DNA of 56,698 nucleotides, from positions 1 to 56,698 of IMG/VR virus record IMGVR_UViG_3300021356_000020; one strand, written 5' to 3'. This stretch comes from a virus. Its lineage: Duplodnaviria > Caudoviricetes. The notes under the pieces are model-generated. The model saw only the letters and a list, made by a program, of their open reading frames with translations, was not told the DNA's origin and did no database searches. Shown piece by piece: positions 9,595-19,284 of the stretch (positions are counted from its first letter, which is position 1; each line of letters begins with the position of its first letter). The translations under genes were made by a program, and so were the position numbers.

Positions 9595-10869
9595 ATGTTT
9601 AATCATATTCATATTGGTCGTAGAGCATTTCTACAGACAAGTCTTTTCGCTGCTGCTGGTACTCAATTTGCACTTGGCGAGCAGAAATACTACGAAAGCA
9701 TTGAAGGTCAGGCAAAAAGCACGATCTTTATTTATCTTCCCGGCGGTATCTCTGCTCAAGAGTCATTTGACCCTAAAACTGTAGCGCCACTAGAATATCG
9801 CGGCTCTATGAGTGCGATCAATACAAATGTTGCTGGGATTCAGATTAACGAAAGATTCCCAAAAACTGCTCAGATTATGGATAAACTTACGATCATAAGG
9901 AGTATGACGCATGGAGAAGCTGCCCACGAACGAGGAACAAACAGTGTTTTCACTGGCTACAAACCTAGTCCTGCACTCAGCTACCCTTCTATTGGTTCCG
10001 TTGTTTCTCATGAGTTCGGTTCCCGGAATAATCTTCCAGCTTATATTTGCGTACCAGAACGACCCAATGAGTTTGCAGGAACAGGATATTTAAGTAACGC
10101 CTACGCGCCATTTGCGCTAGGTTCTGATCCAGCATCAGATAATTTTAAAGTTAGAGATTTGTCTATCAATATTACAGATGACCACTTTACAAGAAGAAGA
10201 AATCTGCTAGATATCGTAAATAAGAATATGACAGAGCGCGTAAACTCTGACGCTGTAAAAGCGATGAATAGTTTCTACGACAAGGCGTACGATCTTGTTG
10301 GCAGTCAAAAGGCACAAGATGCGTTCGACATCGAGAAAGAGAAACCAGAGGTTCGCGACAGATACGGACGGAACCAAGCAGGAGCAAGGATGCTCATGTC
10401 TAGGCGACTCGTAGAAGCGGGCGCTAGATTTGTAACAATGACCTACGGCGGTTGGGACATGCACCAAGATATCTTCAACGGTATCAACTCGCAGGTTCCA
10501 CCGTTCGACCAAGCGTTTGCTGCGCTTATTCAAGACCTAACAGAACGGGGTTTGCTAGACTCTACACTTGTATGTGTTATTTCTGAGTTTGGTAGAACTC
10601 CAAAGGTAAACAAGGATGCGGGTCGTGACCATTGGCCTAAAGTTTTCAGTTCTATTCTTGCCGGTGGCGGAATCAAGGGCGGAATGACTTACGGCACAAC
10701 CGATGCCACTGGCACAGAACCAGAAGATAATCCAGTGACCGTCCCACACTGGGCAACTACGATTTATCACCAAATGGGAATCAATGCCGACAAGGAACTT
10801 ATGGCTCCGGGCGATAGACCTATCGAGATTGTAGATTTTGGTGAAGTTATTCAGGATATTATCGCATGA
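9595..10869 (+). CDS. DUF1501-family protein with twin-arginine-like leader
   Basis: GRRAFLQ leader, IYLPGGISAQESFDPK, GGWDMH, SEFGRTPKVN..GRDHWP. Confidence 0.88.
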   Translation: MFNHIHIGRRAFLQTSLFAAAGTQFALGEQKYYESIEGQAKSTIFIYLPGGISAQESFDPKTVAPLEYRGSMSAINTNVAGIQINERFPKTAQIMDKLTIIRSMTHGEAAHERGTNSVFTGYKPSPALSYPSIGSVVSHEFGSRNNLPAYICVPERPNEFAGTGYLSNAYAPFALGSDPASDNFKVRDLSINITDDHFTRRRNLLDIVNKNMTERVNSDAVKAMNSFYDKAYDLVGSQKAQDAFDIEKEKPEVRDRYGRNQAGARMLMSRRLVEAGARFVTMTYGGWDMHQDIFNGINSQVPPFDQAFAALIQDLTERGLLDSTLVCVISEFGRTPKVNKDAGRDHWPKVFSSILAGGGIKGGMTYGTTDATGTEPEDNPVTVPHWATTIYHQMGINADKELMAPGDRPIEIVDFGEVIQDIIA

Positions 10870-12098
10870 TAAACAGAAGACATTTTATAGAACATGTTGG
10901 TGGGCTTGCCTCATTATCTACCGCCTCAACATTATTTGGTCAAAACATAATTGATAACAAGGATACCTTGGTCAAGAATGAAAAGGCCGCAATACTTATT
11001 TGGCTTGGCGGTGGTCCACCAACTATTGATATGTGGGATGTAAAGCAAGGTTCTGCTACTGGCGGACCTTCGCGAGCATTGTCCACGACTGGTGATTTCC
11101 AGATCAATGAACTTATGCCTAAACTCGCTAATATGGGTAAAGATTTCTCTCTTGTTAGAACTATGGCGACGAGAGAGGCAGACCACATGAGAGGATCGTA
11201 TTACATGCACACAGGATTTAAACCAAATCCTAATATGGCACATCCGTCAATGGGTTCTGTAATATCATACGAACTATCACAAGATAGAGATTATTTAGAA
11301 ATTCCTCCATTCTTTGCTATTAGCACTGGTAGTGTAGGCGGTGGATTTCTTGGATCTGCTTGGAATCCTTTTGTTGTAAGTTCAAATGGTCAAGTTAGAA
11401 ATCTTGGCGACAATGTAGACCTTCAAAGGATGCAGGCACTTGCCGCTATTGAAAGCGGATTTGTAAAATCAACTAATAGTGATATGGCAAAAAGTCATAT
11501 GAAAATGTTACAACAAACATTTAAACTAAATACAAGTCCGCAGATGAAAGCGCTAAAACCAGTTGGAGAACCGCAGGAAATTATTGATGCTTACGGCGAT
11601 ACTGGATTTGGTAGAAGCGCACTTATGGCAAGACGACTTGTTCAAACCGGCGTTCCATTTGTAGAGATTGGGTTTGGCGGTTGGGACTTACATCAAAATA
11701 CTCACGAAACACTTTCTACGAAACTTCCAGAGGTTGACGGGGTTGTATCTACACTGATGAATGACTTAAAACGTCTTAACATGTGGGATAATGTTGCCAT
11801 CGTCATGATGGGAGAGTTTGGCAGGACTCCAAGAATCAACCAAAATGCTGGTAGAGATCACTGGGCAAAAGTGTGGTCGGCATTTGTTTCTGGCGGTTTG
11901 ATTCAAGGTGGTCGCGCAATAGGATCGACAAACGCAGATGGTACAGATATCAAGGACGGGCTAACCTATTCATCAGAAGATTTAATGACCACTATTTGTC
12001 ATGCTCTTGGTATAGATATTAACAAGAGTTATACAGCAAAGAATGGTCGTCCGATGAAAATTGCCAACGGTGGCAAACTTATAGAAGGTTTAATTTAA
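10866..12098 (+). CDS. DUF1501-family protein with twin-arginine-like leader (paralog)
   Basis: NRRHFI leader, IWLGGGPPTIDMWD, GGWDLH, GEFGRTPRIN..GRDHW. Confidence 0.88.
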   Translation: MINRRHFIEHVGGLASLSTASTLFGQNIIDNKDTLVKNEKAAILIWLGGGPPTIDMWDVKQGSATGGPSRALSTTGDFQINELMPKLANMGKDFSLVRTMATREADHMRGSYYMHTGFKPNPNMAHPSMGSVISYELSQDRDYLEIPPFFAISTGSVGGGFLGSAWNPFVVSSNGQVRNLGDNVDLQRMQALAAIESGFVKSTNSDMAKSHMKMLQQTFKLNTSPQMKALKPVGEPQEIIDAYGDTGFGRSALMARRLVQTGVPFVEIGFGGWDLHQNTHETLSTKLPEVDGVVSTLMNDLKRLNMWDNVAIVMMGEFGRTPRINQNAGRDHWAKVWSAFVSGGLIQGGRAIGSTNADGTDIKDGLTYSSEDLMTTICHALGIDINKSYTAKNGRPMKIANGGKLIEGLI

Positions 12099-12109
12099 GG
12101 AGATTAGAT

Positions 12110-12460
12110 ATGAAGAATGTACTTATTGCACTAGCACTTGTTTTTTCAACCACCGCATGTTTCGCACAAGAACGTGAGCATCGTGGTAGACCACAAGTAG
12201 AGCATAAAGAAAGAGATCATGGACCACAAAGGTATAATTCGCCTCATCGTGGACCTCAACATCACTGGCAGCATGGTCATCACCATCGTCCGCCAGTAGG
12301 ATTTAGACCAACTATCGGTTGGTTTCCTCAAGGTTTTCATCTTGGTATTGGTCCTATGACCGTAGGACCAGATCGCCGTCATGTTAGATTTGGAATCAGC
12401 GCTGGTTTCTACGGCCCACCAAGAGTTCACACGTTTAATTACTACGGTAGACATAGATGA
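12110..12460 (+). CDS. secreted His/Arg/Pro/Gly-rich small protein
   Basis: Signal peptide MKNVLIALALVFSTTACFA; HHWQHGHHH; AAGGAG RBS. Confidence 0.7.
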   Translation: MKNVLIALALVFSTTACFAQEREHRGRPQVEHKERDHGPQRYNSPHRGPQHHWQHGHHHRPPVGFRPTIGWFPQGFHLGIGPMTVGPDRRHVRFGISAGFYGPPRVHTFNYYGRHR

Positions 12461-13128
12461 GTTTTATCTCAGACGTAAACAAATCATTAGCAAATACTTT
12501 AGATTCCGTCAAGTATACAAGTAAACCTAAGACTTGGAAGGTATCTAAAATTATAACTATTGATTGGGAAGGGGTGTTGCCAGAACCCCCTTCTAACACT
12601 TCAAAAGAAACGAAGAAAGAATTACAGTACCTACAAGTACTTACAAACAATTTAAATAGTCAAGCAAAGAATTTAATACACTTGGTTGACAAAGAACCAT
12701 TAGATCTATATAAACCCATTTTTGATAAAGTTGGTCAACCAATGCCGGTCAAGGATTTCAAAAAAGCGTATAATATAATAGATCCAATACTAATGAATTT
12801 AAAACATAAGTTCAATAGACCTAGACCAAAACAACTTGGCGATCTAATGAACTACAATATACATGTAACGCAGACAGATACCCACCAAACGCCAGCATAT
12901 CCATCTGGACATACTGCTTATGCTGCAATAGCATCGTATCTTTTTGCCGACATGTATCCGCACAAATCATCAGAGTTTTTTCAGTTGGTAGGCGTTGCTG
13001 GTCACGCAAGGTGTTTACAGGGCGTACACTATCCATCTGATAACGAAGCGTCAATGGTTATAACTGGCGCAATATGGCAAGATATTAGATATAAACTATT
13101 CCCGAACCTAGAACCTTACAGGAGTTAG
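12457..13128 (+). CDS. PAP2/haloperoxidase-superfamily acid phosphatase
   Basis: KHKFNRPRP, YPSGH, ARCLQGVHYPSD: the three PAP2 motifs. Confidence 0.88.
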   Translation: MSFISDVNKSLANTLDSVKYTSKPKTWKVSKIITIDWEGVLPEPPSNTSKETKKELQYLQVLTNNLNSQAKNLIHLVDKEPLDLYKPIFDKVGQPMPVKDFKKAYNIIDPILMNLKHKFNRPRPKQLGDLMNYNIHVTQTDTHQTPAYPSGHTAYAAIASYLFADMYPHKSSEFFQLVGVAGHARCLQGVHYPSDNEASMVITGAIWQDIRYKLFPNLEPYRS

Positions 13129-13130
13129 AG

Positions 13131-13898
13131 ATGCCTATTCCATCAAAGAATAAGGACGAAGACAAAGGCAATTTCATGGGGCGTTGCATGAGTCAACTTG
13201 CAGATGAATATCCAGATGCCAAACAGAGAACTGCTATTTGCATGAGCAAAGCAACAGATGGTCTAGACTATGTTGAAGCAGGAGACTTTTCCCACTATTA
13301 CAATACTTATGGATATACAGAAGAAGTTACAGAAGATAACTTTTATGTACCAGAAGATTCTGAGTATGAAGACTGGGGCGAAGAAACAGAAGAGTGGGAC
13401 TGGGCAGCTGAACGTCCCGGTTTGTGGGAAAATATTCGTAGAAAGAAAGAACGCGAAGGTAAAAACTATAAACCTGCAAAGAAGGGTGACAAAGATCGTC
13501 CAGATCCAGATGCGTGGAAAAAAGCGCAATCTTCATTTAAATACGAAGACCCAAAAACCGGTCAGTTATATGAATATGAAAGAAAAGGTATTTACAAAAA
13601 AGACGGTCGCTTCTTAGTCTACAAGGGAAAAGCAGAACTTGACTATACCGAGTCCGCTGAGTACCAAGGGCGCAAAGTTAAGCTGGGTAAACCATTTAGA
13701 ACTCCGGGCGGCCCAAAGAAAAGCGCCGTCTATGTCAAGAATGGTAGCGGCAAGGTCGTCATCGTTCGCTTTGGTGATCCAAACATGAAAATTAAAAAGA
13801 GTGATCCCGGTCGTCGCAAGAATTTCAGAGCGCGACATAATTGCAGCAATCCGGGACCACGATGGAAGGCACGTTACTGGAGTTGTAGAGCATGGTAA
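13131..13898 (+). CDS. conserved multi-module phage protein
   Basis: Short modules MPIP..FMGRCM..QRTAIC, GLWENIRRK and a basic C-terminus VRFGDPNM..RRKNFRARHNC..YWSC. Confidence 0.7.
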   Translation: MPIPSKNKDEDKGNFMGRCMSQLADEYPDAKQRTAICMSKATDGLDYVEAGDFSHYYNTYGYTEEVTEDNFYVPEDSEYEDWGEETEEWDWAAERPGLWENIRRKKEREGKNYKPAKKGDKDRPDPDAWKKAQSSFKYEDPKTGQLYEYERKGIYKKDGRFLVYKGKAELDYTESAEYQGRKVKLGKPFRTPGGPKKSAVYVKNGSGKVVIVRFGDPNMKIKKSDPGRRKNFRARHNCSNPGPRWKARYWSCRAW

Positions 13899-13916
13899 TT
13901 CTTATGGAGGTGTCCT

Positions 13917-14216
13917 ATGTTAGAGGTTCAACCGGGGAGATTTTACAAAGTCGAGAACAAAAGTAAGAAGTCCTCTGCTAACGATCATTACAATATGATT
14001 GTGGTAGACAATAATTTGGGAGAACTTGAAGAACTCTTATTCACTGATTCCGACTTAATGAAAGCTGTAGTAAGAAGAAGAAAGAATAAGGAAGACATAC
14101 CGTCTTACAGGGTTAAAGTTAATAACGGTGGAATTATTTATCCGTTTTCGTTATTGATAGTCACTTTTTTAGGCGGTGCTATAGGATACTTTATAAAGAA
14201 TTCAGGACTATTTTAG
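13917..14216 (+). CDS. hypothetical membrane-anchored protein
   Basis: GGAGG RBS; C-terminal hydrophobic helix. Confidence 0.65.
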   Translation: MLEVQPGRFYKVENKSKKSSANDHYNMIVVDNNLGELEELLFTDSDLMKAVVRRRKNKEDIPSYRVKVNNGGIIYPFSLLIVTFLGGAIGYFIKNSGLF

Positions 14217-14220
14217 ATTA

Positions 14221-15330
14221 ATGAGCAAAGACGACTATCTAATTGTGGGCGCCGGTTTATTCGGCGCTACTTTTGCTAGGATTATGACTAACTATGGCTT
14301 TAGCTGTAAAGTTATAGACAAAAGACATCATATAGCAGGAAACTGCTACACTGAGAAAAAGTGCGGGATTCATATTCATAAATATGGCCCGCACATATTT
14401 CATACTAATAGTGATTACATCTGGCAGTTTGTAAATAATTTTGCAGATTTCAACAGATATACACATACAGTGAAAGCAAATTATAAGCATGAACTGTATT
14501 CTATGCCCATAAATCTAAATACAATATATAAATTGTGGGGCATCACTTCGCCGCAAATGGCGATGGAGAAAATAAAAGACAAACAAGTTAAAATAAGCAA
14601 CCCAAAAAATCTTGAAGAGTGGGCTTTGTCTCAGGTTGGTCAAGAGTTATACGATCTTTTGATTAGAGGTTACACGGAGAAACAATGGGGTAGGCATCCA
14701 GCGGAACTACCAGCGTCTATTATTAAAAGGCTGCCCATAAGATATAATTTTAACGATAACTATTTCAACGATATCTATCAAGGTATACCTATTGGTGGTT
14801 ATACCAAGATGGTTCAAAATATGTTAGATGGTATAGATGTAGAACTAAATACAGACTATATCAAAGACAGAGACTTATATGACCATAGGTTCAAGAAAAT
14901 TGTTTACACTGGACCGATTGACGAATTCTTTAGAAACTTTTACGGTAAACTAGAGTGGCGATCTCTACGATTTGAAGATAGGGTATTTAACATTGACGAC
15001 TACCAAGGAACATCTATTGTAAACTATACTCATAGAGATATACCATTTACCAGAATTATAGAACATAAGCATTTTGAAAATACGGTAGACGGCGTTACTG
15101 TCATAACTAAAGAATTTCCAGTGAATTATATTGATGGGATGGAAAAATACTATCCAGTAAACGATAAGAAAAATAATGATATATATTCACAATACACAAA
15201 ACATTATAATAAAAATAAATTTATATTTGGTGGTAGACTTGCTGAATACAAATATTATGATATGCATCAAGTCATTGGCTCCGCGATGAAAAAGGCTAAA
15301 AATGAACTTGAACAAATGTCAATGCTCTGA
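14221..15330 (+). CDS. glf: UDP-galactopyranose mutase
   Basis: IVGAGLFG, HKYGPHIFHT, YYPVN, GRLAEYKYYDMHQVI. Confidence 0.95.
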   Translation: MSKDDYLIVGAGLFGATFARIMTNYGFSCKVIDKRHHIAGNCYTEKKCGIHIHKYGPHIFHTNSDYIWQFVNNFADFNRYTHTVKANYKHELYSMPINLNTIYKLWGITSPQMAMEKIKDKQVKISNPKNLEEWALSQVGQELYDLLIRGYTEKQWGRHPAELPASIIKRLPIRYNFNDNYFNDIYQGIPIGGYTKMVQNMLDGIDVELNTDYIKDRDLYDHRFKKIVYTGPIDEFFRNFYGKLEWRSLRFEDRVFNIDDYQGTSIVNYTHRDIPFTRIIEHKHFENTVDGVTVITKEFPVNYIDGMEKYYPVNDKKNNDIYSQYTKHYNKNKFIFGGRLAEYKYYDMHQVIGSAMKKAKNELEQMSML

Positions 15331-16219
15331 ACCGGGATTATGCCCGCTTTACAGTAAAAAAATGGACAAAGCTGGTCACAACTGGTGTAAAACCACGACT
15401 AAAGAAAAAAGACAAAGCTATAAAAATAAATCAAGCAATATCAATCTAGAACATGAAAAGGTTGATATCATACACGCAGACTTATCTAAAGTCAATATAG
15501 CCTGTCTGGGTCATTGCAAAGAGCAGTTTGACACAATTGAAGACCAAGACTACATAAACAAGATTTACTTAGATGACCTAGACTTAGGTGTTTACAATAA
15601 GTTTCAAACTAACGCCTATTCAGAAACAAGGGCGTATCTATCTGATATATTTGATTACAGTAAATATGATTATGTAGGATGCACTACCGCTTCGTGGAAT
15701 ATGAAATATGTAAACAAGAGAAATAGAATAGACAGAGCTGGAAGATGGCTAGACTCAAAGAAACTAGACGATAAAAAAACAATCTATTGCGCAACTGTAA
15801 GCACAACCGAAAGCTGGGTAGAAGGAGAAAACTCCGTAATGAACTGGATGGGCACTCCCAAGAAATATCAACGAGAAATAATAAAGTATCACGAAGGACT
15901 TGGATTTAAGATAAATAATAAATTTGTTGGAAATCATAATCAAATCATATGCCATAAAGATCTATACAGAAAAATATCTGGATATTTTCAAGACACAATA
16001 AACGATCTAGCAAATCTTATTGAATCTTTTGATTTATCTAAATTTAATGAATTTGCTAGAGAAAGAACTTTGGGATATTTCTGTGAATTATCAACAATGA
16101 TACTTCTTTCTAATATTGATGTAAATTTCATTCCAGTGCAAGCAAATTATAAACATGACTGGTTTAAAGAAACAAGAATAATAAAAAGAAACGAGGGTCG
16201 ATACGATGATAATAGATAA
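15302..16219 (+). CDS. hypothetical protein with Cys-rich N-terminus, possibly glycan-related
   Basis: CQCSEPGLCP..NWC; long AT-rich ORF. Confidence 0.55.
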   Translation: MNLNKCQCSEPGLCPLYSKKMDKAGHNWCKTTTKEKRQSYKNKSSNINLEHEKVDIIHADLSKVNIACLGHCKEQFDTIEDQDYINKIYLDDLDLGVYNKFQTNAYSETRAYLSDIFDYSKYDYVGCTTASWNMKYVNKRNRIDRAGRWLDSKKLDDKKTIYCATVSTTESWVEGENSVMNWMGTPKKYQREIIKYHEGLGFKINNKFVGNHNQIICHKDLYRKISGYFQDTINDLANLIESFDLSKFNEFARERTLGYFCELSTMILLSNIDVNFIPVQANYKHDWFKETRIIKRNEGRYDDNR

Positions 16220-16919
16220 TGAGAATTTAGTTATTTTAATAGAGGTTATGAAAACAGGCACCACTTTCATTAGACGCAACGTAAAGAGCCTTGGGATTCC
16301 CAACGATATATTTATCAGTAGTAATATATCAGAAAGACATTTACCTTTATCGCATATATTTAATCACTCTGCACTAAAGTATGATCCTAAAAAATATGAT
16401 ATTTTTATGTTCACTCGTCATCCAGAAGATTTCTTTGTTTCAGAATTTTTTGAATATAAAAATAATAACATTATACCCTATCTAAACAATGCGCTTTTTA
16501 AAAACCCTCATACAGACGCAATGAAAAATTATATGAAAAAGTTACACTCTAGATATAAGTTTTTTAAAGAAGAAGATGCATTTGATTTAAATAAAAATTT
16601 ACATTCTCTTTTATCCGACGACAACTTTCAGCATTTTCCCAAACGTCTTGTGAATATAAAATCTATTTTTAAACATTATTTAGACGTAGAAATAGAAGAA
16701 AGTAAATTACACATCTGTAAATATGAAAATTTTAAAGATTCTATAGATAAATTTTTTAAAGCCATAAAAAAACCAATACCAAATATAAACAAAAGAGTCA
16801 ACGTCTCTCAAAAAAATCAAAAAATAAATAGAGAAAACAGAGCATTAATTAACGAAATATTTGACTACGACTTCAAAAAATATGGATACTTCAAAAGAAG
16901 CATTTATTCTACTATTTGA
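16206..16919 (+). CDS. putative sulfotransferase (family 2-like)
   Basis: KTGTTFIR (5'-PSB-like), FTRHPEDFFVSEF (3'-PB-like), C-terminal DFKKYGY. Confidence 0.6.
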   Translation: MIIDNENLVILIEVMKTGTTFIRRNVKSLGIPNDIFISSNISERHLPLSHIFNHSALKYDPKKYDIFMFTRHPEDFFVSEFFEYKNNNIIPYLNNALFKNPHTDAMKNYMKKLHSRYKFFKEEDAFDLNKNLHSLLSDDNFQHFPKRLVNIKSIFKHYLDVEIEESKLHICKYENFKDSIDKFFKAIKKPIPNINKRVNVSQKNQKINRENRALINEIFDYDFKKYGYFKRSIYSTI

Positions 16920-16920
16920 T

Positions 16921-16949
16921 TTGTTTTTTTGCCAAGATTGATCTATAAT
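16921..16949 (+). promoter_or_regulatory. sigma70-type promoter for dnaE-N
   Basis: TTGTTT (16921-26), 17-nt spacer, TATAAT (16944-49), then AAGGAG RBS. Confidence 0.6.
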
Positions 16950-16976
16950 ACATTGAAACCATATTGAAAGGAGAAA

Positions 16977-18617
16977 TTGATGACTTGGTTCCCGCTATGT
17001 AATTACACTCACTACTCGCTGCTTAAAGGGTTCTCTAAACCCAAAGAACTCGCTAAGAAATGTAAAGACAATGGATTTCGCGCTTGCGGTATCGCTGATT
17101 ACAAAACAATCTCTGGCGCGGTTGCTTTCTATCAGGCTTGTGTAGCAAATGACATTAAACCAATTATTGGCTGCTCGTTTGATAAATTTACGCTGTTTGC
17201 AAAGAATGAAGCAGGTTGGTTTGACTTAATTAAAATCGTTTCACTTCTAGATGACAACGGCGACTATAATAGTAGCGACCTATCTAAGATATGCAACAAG
17301 GGTAATCTGATTATTCTCGCTGAATCGAGCGCTGACTCGCCGGTGAAAGACGACTGGTACGATAAAACCAAATGTTTTCAAGATATGCATTACACGGAAA
17401 AAGAAGATGCAAATCTACATAGAATACTTTTGTGTTCAGAGATGAAAACTACTCTACCAAAAATGCGTAAAAAGTATCGCGCTGGCGAAGATTTTCCAAA
17501 CAAAAAGTTCTTTGACTTCTCTCATTTTTTTGTTCCAGACAAAACTGGGGCGACAGAGGTTATGCTAGAAGACGCAGGTGGTTTACAGATTCTAGACAAG
17601 ATCTATGAAGAGTGTGAAAATTATAACATTCTTAGTAAGCCAGTTCTCCCGAAGTTTGAGACTCCTAATGGAGAATCTGAGAAAGAATACCTGAGAACTT
17701 TAGCTAGACAGGGATGGAAGAAACTTCTTGCAGATAAAGTCACAGAAGAAGCCCATAGACAGATATACGGAGATAGATTCAACAAAGAGTTTGAAGTCAT
17801 TGAAGAAGCCGACCTATTTGGTTATTTCTTGATCGTTCGTGACATCATCAATTATGCTATAGAGCAAGGCTGGATGGTTGGTCCGGGTCGTGGGTCTGCC
17901 GCTGGTTGCTTGATCTCTTATTTGATTGGAATTACAGAAGTTGACCCAATTGAATTTGACTTATTGTTTGAGCGTTTCTATAATAGTGGTAGGAATACAA
18001 AAGATAACATATCACTTCCCGATATTGACATTGATATTCCGGGTAAGAAGCGTGACGAGATTATTGACTATATCAAATCGAAATACGGTCATGGTAATGT
18101 GAGTCAGATGGTTACGTTTGGTAGACTTCAAGGGCGTAGTGCAATTAAAGAAATCTTGCGCGTCAATGAAGCGTGTGGATTTAGCGTGATGAATGAAATC
18201 ACAAAATATATCCCAGACGAAGCTGCCATCTCTGACCAACTAGCAGAAATGGACGAAGAAGACAGATCCATTATCAGGTGGGCATTACAGAATAATAATA
18301 AAGAATTGTATGATTACTGTCATATAAATGATAATGGTAATCTTGAAGGTGACTATGCAGAATATTTTGAACAAGCTATTAAGATTGAAGGAACTCTCAA
18401 GACCCAAGGAAAACATGCAGCGGGTGTTGTTATCTCTGCAAATAAGTTAGCAGAAGTTTGCCCGATGGTAAACTCTAAGAGTAGTAAAGAAAAGATTGCG
18501 GGACTGGAAATGGCAGACCTAGAAGCTCTTGGTCACGTTAAATTTGACGTTCTTGCTATTAACCTTCTTGACAAACTTATGTATATAGATAAACTTGTAA
18601 AGGAACAAAATGAATAG
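16977..18617 (+). CDS. dnaE: DNA polymerase III alpha, N-terminal half (PHP + palm)
   Basis: THYSLLKG, GPGRGSAAGCL, FERF, PDIDID, GKHAAGVV, KFDVL. Confidence 0.92.
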   Translation: MMTWFPLCNYTHYSLLKGFSKPKELAKKCKDNGFRACGIADYKTISGAVAFYQACVANDIKPIIGCSFDKFTLFAKNEAGWFDLIKIVSLLDDNGDYNSSDLSKICNKGNLIILAESSADSPVKDDWYDKTKCFQDMHYTEKEDANLHRILLCSEMKTTLPKMRKKYRAGEDFPNKKFFDFSHFFVPDKTGATEVMLEDAGGLQILDKIYEECENYNILSKPVLPKFETPNGESEKEYLRTLARQGWKKLLADKVTEEAHRQIYGDRFNKEFEVIEEADLFGYFLIVRDIINYAIEQGWMVGPGRGSAAGCLISYLIGITEVDPIEFDLLFERFYNSGRNTKDNISLPDIDIDIPGKKRDEIIDYIKSKYGHGNVSQMVTFGRLQGRSAIKEILRVNEACGFSVMNEITKYIPDEAAISDQLAEMDEEDRSIIRWALQNNNKELYDYCHINDNGNLEGDYAEYFEQAIKIEGTLKTQGKHAAGVVISANKLAEVCPMVNSKSSKEKIAGLEMADLEALGHVKFDVLAINLLDKLMYIDKLVKEQNE

Positions 18618-19284
18618 AGATATTATTGTCTTTGACTTTGAGACCGGCGGTAGAGATCCTAACACCTGTCAAGTAACCCAGCTCGCTGCCGTGGCTATTG
18701 ACGGAAGAGGATTCAATCTAAAGGGAACATTTAATAGTGAAGTTTGGGCAGAAACCGATGACGATAAAGCATTAAAGAAGGGTTTAGGTCCAATTGAAGA
18801 CGGTGCGCTAAAAGTTACAGGTAAAACCAGAGAGGGTATAGCCAAAGCCCCAAAACCAAAAGCGGTTTGGAAGAAGTTTTGTGCATTTGTGGATAAATAT
18901 AACTGGAAAGGTACACCATTTTTCGCACCTATCCCTGCGGGTTACAATATTCTAGGATATGATATGATTATTGTTGATAGACTGTGTAAAGAATATGGAC
19001 CTTGGGATGAGACAAGACAAAGGCAAAAACTCTTTCATCAGATTCACAAGATTGATATGATGGACAACTACTGGATGTGGACAGAGGGTGATCCAAGTAT
19101 TAAGAGTCGTAGTATGGACAGTATTCGTGAGCGAATGGGAATGTCGTCAGAGAACGCTCACGATGCGCTACAGGACGTTAAAGATACTGCTAATTTGATG
19201 ATTAAGTTCATGAAAACCCATAGAGCTGTTTATAGAAATTTGAAACTTGAAAAGGCATTTGCGAATGGAAACACCTATATTTAA
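18610..19284 (+). CDS. DEDDh 3'-5' exonuclease (DnaQ/epsilon-like)
   Basis: VFDFETGG, GYNILGYD, AHDALQDV. Confidence 0.88.
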   Translation: MNRDIIVFDFETGGRDPNTCQVTQLAAVAIDGRGFNLKGTFNSEVWAETDDDKALKKGLGPIEDGALKVTGKTREGIAKAPKPKAVWKKFCAFVDKYNWKGTPFFAPIPAGYNILGYDMIIVDRLCKEYGPWDETRQRQKLFHQIHKIDMMDNYWMWTEGDPSIKSRSMDSIRERMGMSSENAHDALQDVKDTANLMIKFMKTHRAVYRNLKLEKAFANGNTYI

